NCBI GenBank assembly: GCA_040752415.1
Contig: JBFMGU010000115.1
Location: forward strand, 1-33,315
Source of the DNA: Myxococcota bacterium
GTDB lineage: Bacteria; Myxococcota; JACRCW01
Length of the DNA stretch: 33,315 nt
Direction: 5' to 3'
A model generated the notes under the pieces. That model ran no database searches. It worked only from the letters and a program-made list of their open reading frames with translations, and had not been told where the DNA came from. A program made the translations under genes and the position numbers. Positions 1 through 8,232 of the stretch are shown piece after piece (the stretch's first letter is position 1; every line of letters starts with the position of its first letter).

Positions 1-105
1 TTTTCTTTCTCAACCCAACAGCAAGGAGCACCACGACGGAACACGGAAGAACGAAACGGAAAGACGGAAGGCGGAAGGCAGGCGGTACCGAAGAGATGAG
101 AAAGA

Positions 106-420
106 CGAAGCGGGTACCAGACGAGCCCACGCCAAACGAGAAAATTCGAGACAGGTACCAGCGACGCGACTCGCGCTCGCGACGCATCCCCCTGCGCGCT
201 ATTCCGAGCGAATGCGAAGCGGATACCTTGCGCCACGCCGACGAGAATACGAGGCTGAAAACCAGACGGCGGTACCATCGACGCGACTCGCGCACGCAAC
301 GCACGCTCCGGCGTTCTCCCAGAGGTGCGCAACGCGAAGCGGTTACCGGCCGCGCCACGCCGACTAAGCTAAGAGAGCGGGACAGCGGTACCACCAACGC
401 GACTCGCGCCCGCAATGCAC
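106..420. repeat. Degenerate ~117-bp tandem repeat, about 3 units
   Basis: Block GGTACCA-N2-ACGCGACTCGCGC starts at 154, 271 and 387 (spacing 117/116). A second block, CGAAGCGG(G/A/T)TACC...CCACGCC, recurs at ~106, ~215 and ~335. Confidence 0.75.
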
Positions 421-489
421 CCTGGCTCATGCCACGGACTTCTGGCTGCCTTGGCGGACCTCTTCCAGAACGAGCTCTATGGGGTTGTC

Positions 490-604
490 GGGATTTCGCT
501 GGGAATCAACGTCAGAAGGCCTCCCGCGCCGCCGACCGCACAGCGCCTTCTGACTTCTGTATTCTGACTTCCGCCTCCCTTTCCTTGGGAATCCCGGAAA
601 TCCC
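490..604. repeat. Heptamer (TTCTGAC)-containing palindromic intergenic element
   Basis: GGGATTTC (490-497) pairs with GAAATCCC (597-604) and GTCAGAAGGC (511-520) with GCCTTCTGAC (545-554). TTCTGAC-like heptamers run 548-575. The reverse complement resembles 13497-13541. Confidence 0.65.
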
Positions 605-621
605 CGCCGCCCACTCCGTCG

Positions 622-1800
622 TCACCCGTTGGGCCACAGCACCGGCTTCATGGCCGCCATGGCTTCCGGTGAGAAGCGGCCGTGGAACGTCACGGACTCG
701 GTGTAGCTGGGATAGAAGTGCTCAGTGCGGTTGATGGTGAACGAGCCATCGGGCTGCACGTTCCCGGTGAACTTTCCGTGTTGGATGTTGCCGCCCGGTC
801 CCACCGGCAGCGTGCCGCCGTAGCTGTACGCGTTGCCCATCCCGATCATGACGCGGTCGCCGTAGACGTGCAGCTCCACGTTGCGTCCGTCATTGCCCGA
901 GTACCCGCGGGAGACCGGCGTCTTGAACGACTGCAGCGTGGCGGGCTTCAGCGGGTCCATGTCGCCCACGTAGGCGCCGCCGTACGACGAGAACCAGTGC
1001 CAGTCGGTGCCCTTGAGGCTGTGGTAGTAGTAGGACTCTCCCGTCACGCTCCAGCTGGTGCTCGCCTGCAGTCGGCCGTTCTCCACCTTGAGGTCCACGT
1101 TGACGGAGCGCGTGGTGCGGGTGGTGCTGCTGTCGTTCCTGGTGACCTCCGCCTTGCCCTTCCCGTCGGACAGCGTGATGGTGCCGGGGAAGTCGTGGCC
1201 GAACTCCGAGGGGACGCCGGCCAGTCGCGCGGTGATGGCGCCGCTGGCGGACTTGACCACTTCCAGCGTGGTGGCCTCGTTGGTCTGGCCCACGCCAAAC
1301 ACCGGGACCTGGTAGGTGCCTGCCGGCAGGTCGGCCAGCGACGTCACCCTGGTCACCGGCGACTTGCCTTCCAGCTTGCTCGCGAGCAGCGCGCGCGCCT
1401 CGTCGGTCATCTTGAAGGCGACCATGGCGGCGCCCAGGCTCAGCTTCTCGCGACCGCTCAGCTTGCCGTCCTTGTCCACCAGCTTCGCCAGGGCCTGCGC
1501 GTCGGCAAGGTCCACCACGCCGTCGGCCGCGCCGCGCGCCGCCTCCTGGCGCACGCCCGCCGTCACGATCTGCAGGTACGCCTTCAGCCGCTTGGCCTCC
1601 TCGTCCAGTCCGTCCTTGGAGAGCAGGGAGATGGCGGCGCGGATCTCCTGCTTCTCGTCGGCGCTGAGCTTCTTGTCTGCTTCCGCGAGCTTGATGATCT
1701 CATCGGCACCCAGTTTGGTGGGCTGCTGCGCGGTGGGCGCGGTGTGGTTCTGCACCAACTGACGGATGAGGCTGGCTGCACTTCCGACCGAGACGGGCAT
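622..1800 (-). CDS. Hypothetical protein: helical N-terminal region with repeated DG-x-(L/V)-S/D motifs, beta-rich C-terminal region
   Basis: 392-aa ORF with GC3-rich codons; GGAGAG RBS 5 nt before ATG 1800; no signal peptide; no family recognised. Confidence 0.8.
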   Translation of the reverse strand: MPVSVGSAASLIRQLVQNHTAPTAQQPTKLGADEIIKLAEADKKLSADEKQEIRAAISLLSKDGLDEEAKRLKAYLQIVTAGVRQEAARGAADGVVDLADAQALAKLVDKDGKLSGREKLSLGAAMVAFKMTDEARALLASKLEGKSPVTRVTSLADLPAGTYQVPVFGVGQTNEATTLEVVKSASGAITARLAGVPSEFGHDFPGTITLSDGKGKAEVTRNDSSTTRTTRSVNVDLKVENGRLQASTSWSVTGESYYYHSLKGTDWHWFSSYGGAYVGDMDPLKPATLQSFKTPVSRGYSGNDGRNVELHVYGDRVMIGMGNAYSYGGTLPVGPGGNIQHGKFTGNVQPDGSFTINRTEHFYPSYTESVTFHGRFSPEAMAAMKPVLWPNG

Positions 1801-2062
1801 GACGCTCTCCAGAAATGAGGACGGGCCCGAGTAGCACCGGAGACACGGGGATTCCAGGGAACCGGTGCCGCCACGACGTCAATCCACGCGGATGCCTGGC
1901 CCAGGATTTCCCGGGTGACAGCGGAGGGCTCAGGACAGCGGTGCCCGGTCAGGCGGGGCCAGGACCGCTTGGCGCCCGCCGGTGCTGGACCACGACGAGA
2001 TCATTGAGCGTCCGCAGGAGCGCGCACCCGCCTGGACCTGTGATTCCGTCGTGAAGGGGTGG

Positions 2063-4111
2063 TCAGGGCGCGCGCAGGTCCCGGGCCACGACGTTGTCAA
2101 TCCAGCCAATGGACTCCCAGCCCCACGTCACGGCCACGCCGCCGTGGGTGATGGGGTCCACCTCGTCCACCCAGTCCAGCAGCTGCACGTCGTTGAAGGC
2201 CACGGTGATGCGTGGGCCCACGACCTGGATGGTGACGTGGTTGAGCTCCTCCGCGATGGCGTCGCTGGTTCCGCTGAGGACCTCCACGCTGCTCCCCTCA
2301 TCATCCGGGCTCCAGCCCTCGCCGGGAATCCAGTGGCCGCGGACGCGGAGGAGACCCCAGGTGGCGGTGGGAGCGCCGCAGACCGCGGGCTGGAATCCCA
2401 GCACGTAGGAGGTGTTTGCCGGCGCGTTCCAGCTTTCGTTGGCCTCCTGTACACGGAACGCCACACTGCCACCGCGGTAGCACTCGCCAATGCCGTAGGG
2501 GTTGTACGTGCCCAACCCCAAGGACATCACGTCCAGCTCCACGACGTAGTCGGTCCACGTGGTGTCACCCACGTGCGTGGCCACCATGGCGCTGCGACCA
2601 TTGCCGAAGTGCCCATAGTTGAAACCGCTGCGCGGGGCGGAGACCACGTTGAGCGCCCCGTCCTGCTCGGCGAACTCCATGCGCCACAGGAGCCAGTTGG
2701 ACGCAATGACGTCGTCGGAAAAGTCATCGGCCAGCAGCAGGGGCGGAATGCGTGTCACCACCACGTTGTCGATCCATCCCACCGAATCCCAGCCCCACCC
2801 CGCGGCGATTCCGCCGTAGGGGATGGGATCGGGATCATCGAAGTCCACCACCTGCTCCCCGTTGATGACCACGGTGAGGTGATTGCCCACCACCTCCACG
2901 GTGAGATGGTTGACGTCGTCAAGGATGGCGGCGCTGTTGCCGGAGAGGAGCACCACGCTTTCTCCTTCCTGTGTGGCGCTCCAGCCCACGCCGGGAATCC
3001 AGTGGCCGCGCGTGCGCGCCAGGGACCAGGAGCCCGTGGTGGCGCCGCACACCGGCGGGGAGATGGAGAACCCGTAGGAGGTGTTGGCCGGCTCATTCCA
3101 GCTCTCGGAGAGCTCCTGCACGCGGAAGCTGATACCCGCGCCGCGGTAGCAGGGGTCAACGCTGTAGGGGTTGAACGTGCCGTGTCCCAGGGACATCACG
3201 TCCACCTCGAGGCGGTAGTCCGTCCACGTCGGGTCGCCAATGTGGGTCACCGCCGTGCCGCCGCGTCCGTTGCCGAAGTGCCCGTAATTGAATCCGTCAC
3301 GCGGCGCCGAAACCGAGCTCAGCACCCCGTCACCCTCCAGGAACTCGAGGCGCCACAGCAGCCACTCGGGAGAGAGCACCCCGTCGTTGAAGTCATCTGC
3401 CAGCAGGACCAGGGACCCGCCGCCGCTGGAGGTGGAGGACGCGCTGGTGGACGTGGCGGACGCGCTGGTGGACGAGGTGGACGCGGAGGACGAGGAGGAC
3501 GAGGAGGACGAGGAGGACGAGGAGGACGAGGAGGACGAGGAGGACGAGGCGCTGGACCCGGACGACGCAGCCGACGACGTGGGGGATGCGGCGGAGCTGG
3601 TGCCGCTGGTGGAGGACGCGCCCCCACTGGAAGCGGCACCGCTCGTCGATGTGGACGATGTCGTCGTGGATGTCGATGAGGTTCCCCCGGACGAGCTGCT
3701 GGTGGCGACACCCGAGGAGGATGAGGATGTGGAAGAAGCCGCCGTCGTCGCCGAGGCACTGGGTACCGAGGAGGACGCCGCCGACGACGAGGACGCGCTG
3801 GTGCTTCCACCGCTGCTGGTGCTGGAGCTCGCGGAGGAGGTCGCGGAGGCCGAGCTGGACGCCGCGGAGGATGCGCTGGAGGACAACGACCCCGACGAGG
3901 AAGCCGTGCCGCCGGAGCGCTCCCCCACCATGCACACGCCGTCGTCACACCGCTCCGCCGCCGCGCATTCACCGTCCGCGTTGCAGGGCCGGAAGCACTC
4001 GGAGCCGCGCTGGACCTCCCCACTCGCGCAGCGCACGCCGCATCCGGATTCCAGCCCCGCCACACCGAACGTCACGACCAGGCAGCAGACCCGCGCCGCA
4101 AGCTGTCTCAT
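2063..4111 (-). CDS. Secreted/lipoprotein-like protein: Cys-rich N-terminus, Ser/Thr linker, two tandem DUF1080 (3-keto-disaccharide hydrolase)/ConA-like domains
   Basis: Start moved to ATG 4111 (MRQLAARVCCLVVTFG..., signal-like) because the longer ORF overlaps the rhomboid gene. Two ~220-aa repeats begin LLADDF, contain W(T)DY-x-LEVDV and FRVQ, and end WIDNVV. Confidence 0.8.
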   Translation of the reverse strand: MRQLAARVCCLVVTFGVAGLESGCGVRCASGEVQRGSECFRPCNADGECAAAERCDDGVCMVGERSGGTASSSGSLSSSASSAASSSASATSSASSSTSSGGSTSASSSSAASSSVPSASATTAASSTSSSSSGVATSSSSGGTSSTSTTTSSTSTSGAASSGGASSTSGTSSAASPTSSAASSGSSASSSSSSSSSSSSSSSSSSSSSASTSSTSASATSTSASSTSSGGGSLVLLADDFNDGVLSPEWLLWRLEFLEGDGVLSSVSAPRDGFNYGHFGNGRGGTAVTHIGDPTWTDYRLEVDVMSLGHGTFNPYSVDPCYRGAGISFRVQELSESWNEPANTSYGFSISPPVCGATTGSWSLARTRGHWIPGVGWSATQEGESVVLLSGNSAAILDDVNHLTVEVVGNHLTVVINGEQVVDFDDPDPIPYGGIAAGWGWDSVGWIDNVVVTRIPPLLLADDFSDDVIASNWLLWRMEFAEQDGALNVVSAPRSGFNYGHFGNGRSAMVATHVGDTTWTDYVVELDVMSLGLGTYNPYGIGECYRGGSVAFRVQEANESWNAPANTSYVLGFQPAVCGAPTATWGLLRVRGHWIPGEGWSPDDEGSSVEVLSGTSDAIAEELNHVTIQVVGPRITVAFNDVQLLDWVDEVDPITHGGVAVTWGWESIGWIDNVVARDLRAP
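3486..3548. repeat. Perfect 9-bp tandem repeat (GAGGACGAG)x7 encoding poly-Ser on the minus strand
   Basis: Seven exact copies read directly from the sequence. Confidence 0.95.
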
Positions 4112-4187
4112 GGAACGCAACGATACTGCCGCGCCCCACCGGCGCAACGTCCACCCCGCAGCTGTCCAGAGGGGCGGGGTCCGGTGC

Positions 4188-5243
4188 TCAGGCCCGCGCC
4201 GGCACGATGTCACGACCCAGCCGGCGGTACGCCACGCCAGTGGCAATCCCCGCCGCAAAGCCACCCAGGTGGGCAAACCACGCCACGCCCGGCACGCCCT
4301 GCGAAGCGCCGGCCACCTGCAACAACAGCCACAGCGTCAGGTACGCCAGCACGGGCGTCTTGAACCGCACGAACAAGAGCACCACCCACACGCGCACCTT
4401 GGGAAACAGCACCAGGTACGCACCCATCAGGCCGGCCACCGCGCCGGAAGCGCCCAGTCGCGGCACCACGCCGGCGGGGTCCATGGCAATCTCCGCCGCG
4501 CCGCCCGCCACCAGGGCCATGGTGTACAGCAACACCAGCCGTCGTCGTCCCAGGGTGTCCTCGACGTTGTCGCCGAACACGTACAGGAAATACAGGTTCC
4601 CCAGCAGGTGTGCGACGCCACCGTGGATGAACGCGTGGGAGAGCATCGTCCACGGTCGCAATCCCGCCAGGTAGTCCCGGGGAATCAGCCCGAATTGGTG
4701 CGCAAAGGCCTGGCCCGCGTCGTCACTGCCGGCAATGACCCAGGCTTCCAGCAGGAACAGCCCGGTCAGCGTGGCCAGCAGCATGTAGATGAGCACGGGC
4801 CTGCGACGCGTGGGGTGCCACACCTCGATGGGCATGCCGGTGAAGAGCTGGAAGAAGTAGCTGCGGAGCGAGGGCTTCTCGTCGGGAGAAGCGGGTACGG
4901 CCACGCCGCCGGCCACAATGCGCGCCAGGCGTTCACCTTCCAGTGCATCCAGCCACAGACCGCCGCACTGGCCGCAGACGTCCACCACCACCTCGCCGGT
5001 GTGGGAGGTCACCAGGTAGGCCTTCATGGCGGCGGCGTCGCGAGGGCAGCGGAGCGCCCGCGTTCCCCGTCCCGGCGCAAGCTCCTGTGCGTTCCAGGTG
5101 TCCGGGCTGCCCAGGCCGCCGTACGCCTCGTGCGCGTCTGCCAGGGAGACAAAGGTGCCGCCACAACGTCGACACAGCTCCAGCGCGACGTTGCCGTGCT
5201 GGTGAGACCGCAGTGGAAAGGTGCAGACCGGGCAGGTGGACAT
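4188..5243 (-). CDS. Rhomboid family intramembrane serine protease with two N-terminal TFIIB-type zinc ribbons
   Basis: Catalytic motifs GASGA and WFAHLGGF, plus HLLGNLYFLYVFGDNVED. The N-terminus carries CPVC..CRRC and CPRD..CGQCGGLWLD. Start taken at ATG 5243. Confidence 0.9.
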   Translation of the reverse strand: MSTCPVCTFPLRSHQHGNVALELCRRCGGTFVSLADAHEAYGGLGSPDTWNAQELAPGRGTRALRCPRDAAAMKAYLVTSHTGEVVVDVCGQCGGLWLDALEGERLARIVAGGVAVPASPDEKPSLRSYFFQLFTGMPIEVWHPTRRRPVLIYMLLATLTGLFLLEAWVIAGSDDAGQAFAHQFGLIPRDYLAGLRPWTMLSHAFIHGGVAHLLGNLYFLYVFGDNVEDTLGRRRLVLLYTMALVAGGAAEIAMDPAGVVPRLGASGAVAGLMGAYLVLFPKVRVWVVLLFVRFKTPVLAYLTLWLLLQVAGASQGVPGVAWFAHLGGFAAGIATGVAYRRLGRDIVPARA

Positions 5244-5296
5244 GGCGCCGCATCGTGGCCCTCGCCGTCGCGCGTCGGCAAGGGCCACGCGCCGGC

Positions 5297-5770
5297 TCAG
5301 CCCTCGTACGCCTGCTTGAGGCGTTTGATGTCGAGCTTGTCCATCTGGAGCATTGCCTCCATCACGCGCCGCGCCCGGGCGGGATCCCTGTCTCCCATCA
5401 GCTCACCCAGGATCCGGGGGACGATCTGCCAGGACACGCCGAACCTGTCCTTGAGCCAGCCGCAGCGCGACTTGGCGCCGCCCGCGGAGAGCTTCTCCCA
5501 GAGCTCGTCGACCTCCTGCTGCGTCTCGCAGTTCACGAAGAACGAGATGGCCTCCGTGAACTTGAACATCGGGCCGCCGTTGAGCGCCATGAACTCCTGC
5601 CCCGCGAGCTGGAAGGTGGCGGACATCACCGTCCCCTTCGGCCCGGGACCGGCTTCCCCGTAGCGGGTGATGCTCGTGACCTTCGAGTCCTTGAAGATGG
5701 AAGCATAGAAATTCACGGCTTCCTCGGCGTTGTCGTTGAACCACAGGAACGGGGTGATCTTCTGCATCAT
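5297..5770 (-). CDS. VOC family PhnB-like protein (3-demethylubiquinone-9 3-methyltransferase-like domain)
   Basis: [81 protein letters not shown] upstream of ATG 5770/5767. Confidence 0.93.
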   Translation of the reverse strand: MMQKITPFLWFNDNAEEAVNFYASIFKDSKVTSITRYGEAGPGPKGTVMSATFQLAGQEFMALNGGPMFKFTEAISFFVNCETQQEVDELWEKLSAGGAKSRCGWLKDRFGVSWQIVPRILGELMGDRDPARARRVMEAMLQMDKLDIKRLKQAYEG

Positions 5771-5984
5771 CGTCGTGTTCCTCCTCTTGGGAAGTCGGGC
5801 TGACCGACCTCGGGGATCCGCAGGAATCCTTCGTTGCATCCCGGCACCGCTCAGGACCGGTCCCGGTGTCGCTTCTGGATTGCCAGATGGTTATATAACC
5901 TAACGGTTGTGAGCGTCAAGCCTTTCGTGATCCCGTCCTGGCCGGGTGGGCGGGCCGCAGGTCGGTCGGGAGGGGGGCGCCAAT

Positions 5985-6013
5985 GTGACATTCTGGTGTC
6001 ATGCCGACGTCGC
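5985..6013 (+). promoter_or_regulatory. Possible Pho-box-like direct repeats upstream of the porin
   Basis: GACAT (5987), GTCAT (5998) and GTCGC (6009) at exact 11-bp spacing, ~160 bp upstream of an OprO/P-like porin. The match is degenerate. Confidence 0.3.
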
Positions 6014-6170
6014 GGTTGTCGCCGTCACCGCGGTGGACCAAGGTGCCGCGCGGAACCCGCCGGGGAGGAGGTCGTCCCCCGGAGCGGGGATGACGCCGGA
6101 GCGGAACGGTGTTGGACCGCGGTTGATGCACGCGGCCCATCACCCGCGCGGACGCTGACGGAGGTGCGCG

Positions 6171-7424
6171 GTGCCCAGGATCATCAGCTTCATTGCGAGC
6201 CTTCTGCTTGCCGCGTTGCCCGCCGCGGCCAAAGAGCCCAGCGGGGAAAGTGCGCTGCTGGTCCCCGACTACGAGCTGAAGCTGCTCGGAGATCACGCCG
6301 TGGACCCTGCAACCATCCGGTTCCGTCCCGGCAAGGGCCTGGAGATCCGCAGCAAGGACAAACGGTTCTCGCTGATCACCCGCGTGCGCGGTCAATTCCT
6401 GTACACGCTGGAGAAGGAGGCGGGTGAGCTGCCCGAGCATGGCTTGCAGCTCCGTCGTGCGCGGCTGGTGTTCGCGGGCAACATGTTCGACCCGCACGTG
6501 AAGTACAAGGTCGAGCTCGCCCTCTCCCCCGGCGACATGGCGGTGCAGGACGGGATTCCCCGACGCACGCCGATCCTGGACTGGTACATGGACTTCGACT
6601 GGCTGCGCGAGCTGGCGCTGCGCGTGGGTCAGTACAAGGTTCCCTACAACCGCCAGCGCGTGGTCTCGTCGGGTGACCTGCAGCTCGTGGACCGCAGCAT
6701 CGCCAACAGCGAGTTCAACCTGGACCGCGACATCGGCCTGGACGTGCGCTCCACCGACTTCCTGGGGTTGGGGCGGCTCCGCTACTACGCGGGCATCTAC
6801 ATCGGGGAAGGTCGCGACGCGTTCCGCGTGGGGGATCTGGGCCTGATGTACCTGGCGCGCGTGGAGGTGCTGCCGCTGGGCGGCTTCAGCGACTACGTCG
6901 AAGGTGATTTCGAGCGCACGGGACCGCGGGTGTCACTGGGGGCGGCGTACGCATTCCTCGACGAGGCCAAGGGCAACCGCGGCATCCTCGGCTCCCGCCC
7001 CAGGGACGGCGGCACTACCGACTACCACAACGGCACGGCGGACCTGGTGTTCAAGCTCTACGGCCTCTCGCTGACCTCGGAGATCTTCGCGCGCTACGGC
7101 GTGCGCAACCCCGGTAACGCCGAGGACGAGGACGGCAACCCCGTTCCCGCCGACAAGCCACGCAACGGCTACGGCGTGTTCCTACAGGGTGGCTACATGC
7201 TGCCGTGGCTGCCCGTCGAGGTGGCGGCGCGCTACAGCCAGGTCCGTCCCAACGACCCCGCTCGCAGCAGCCTTGCGCAGTCGGAGGAGCTCGGTGGTGG
7301 CCTGAGCTTCTATCCCGGCCATCACTCGCTGAAGGTGCAGGCGGATGCTTTCCGCATCTGGTCGGCGGGAAACATCACGACCGGGACCGACCATTTCCGC
7401 ATCCAGCTCCAGGCTGCGCTCTGA
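6171..7424 (+). CDS. Outer-membrane porin, phosphate-selective OprO/OprP-like
   Basis: Signal peptide (LLLAALPAAA); LRRARL.F.G; LRVGQYKVPY; LQLVDRS; RDIG; amphipathic C-terminal strand FRIQLQAAL; GGAGGT RBS before GTG. Confidence 0.85.
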   Translation: MPRIISFIASLLLAALPAAAKEPSGESALLVPDYELKLLGDHAVDPATIRFRPGKGLEIRSKDKRFSLITRVRGQFLYTLEKEAGELPEHGLQLRRARLVFAGNMFDPHVKYKVELALSPGDMAVQDGIPRRTPILDWYMDFDWLRELALRVGQYKVPYNRQRVVSSGDLQLVDRSIANSEFNLDRDIGLDVRSTDFLGLGRLRYYAGIYIGEGRDAFRVGDLGLMYLARVEVLPLGGFSDYVEGDFERTGPRVSLGAAYAFLDEAKGNRGILGSRPRDGGTTDYHNGTADLVFKLYGLSLTSEIFARYGVRNPGNAEDEDGNPVPADKPRNGYGVFLQGGYMLPWLPVEVAARYSQVRPNDPARSSLAQSEELGGGLSFYPGHHSLKVQADAFRIWSAGNITTGTDHFRIQLQAAL

Positions 7425-7502
7425 GCCTCAGCACGGGCGCTGCGCCCTCGGTGCCTGCAGGTTGGGGCTGTGTCAGAACAATCTGGACACGTGGTCCCCG
7501 AC

Positions 7503-7725
7503 CGCCTCCAGCGGACCACGACCTGGAGTGCGGCGGGCCCTCGCCGCCCTGGCCAGCGCCGAGCGCGTTTGCAGCGGGTCGAACAGCCCCTGGGACTCAC
7601 TGTCAATGACGTCGGGCGAGGCGTTGTCTCGTGGCGCGTGGAGTCTTGACGGTTGTCCAAACCGCGCGACGCTGACCAGGGCGGCGAGGGCCCGCCGCAC
7701 TCCAGGTCGTGGTCCACTGGAGGCG
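7503..7725. repeat. REPIN-like inverted pair (56-bp arms), GGAGTGCGGC-type REP
   Basis: 7503-7558 is the reverse complement of 7670-7725 with 2 mismatches. Each arm holds an internal GCGGCG-GGCCCT-CGCCGC hairpin. Confidence 0.9.
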
Positions 7726-7765
7726 ATCAGGATCAGATGTGCTCCTAATCCTGACTCATAGCATT

Positions 7766-8034
7766 AGGGGCTGGGCCTAAACAAATCGCCCATTCCGTCG
7801 GGGCGGGCGAACACCTAACCCCCCACGTTCATGCCGTCGCGCTCGCTCGCCCCCCTTCCCCACACCCGCTGCGTCGACGTCAACCGCTGCGGGGAAGGGG
7901 GGCAAGCACTGGAACTGGGGGCGTTTTCTCGTCGGAAAAAGGGCGCTGCGCCCATCGAGTGGGCGCGACGGCCTGAACGTGGGGGGTGTTCGCCGGCCAC
8001 GACGGAATGGGTAATTTGTTTAGACTCAGCCCCT
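7766..8034. mobile_element. MITE-like non-autonomous element with ~80-bp imperfect terminal inverted repeats
   Basis: The left end AGGGGCTGGGCCTAAACAAATCGCCCATTCCGTCG...GAACACC...CCCCACGTTCA.GCCGTCGCGC mirrors the right end ...TGAACGTGGGGGGTGTTCGCC...CGACGGAATGGGTAATTTGTTTAGACTCAGCCCCT. There are internal hairpins and no transposase ORF. Confidence 0.65.
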
Positions 8035-8232
8035 TGCCCCGTCGTGCACGTCGAGGTGTAGCCCTGACCGGGCCCAGGCAGGACGCTGCGACGCGCGAAG
8101 AGCCGCCCACTCCCGACGACGAGGGCGAGCTGGAGACACGTGACGGAAGCAGCGCCGGCCGAGCCGATTCTCGAGGACAAGCGAGCTCGAGCCGCCGCAC
8201 CCGACGGACTGCGCGAAGCACACGTGAGCCCG

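Noticed and set aside
106..420. CRISPR array
   Set aside because: Repeats are degenerate, the period is ~117 bp with two alternating blocks, and no cas genes are in the window.
96..734. 212-aa + strand ORF
   Set aside because: Arg-rich translation of the non-coding 117-bp repeat; it overlaps the convergent real gene and lacks coding-type codon bias.
3288..5663. 791-aa acidic ORF (and 1982-3679) on the + strand
   Set aside because: Antisense shadows of recognisable minus-strand genes; the EDE repeat is the reverse reading of poly-Ser codons.
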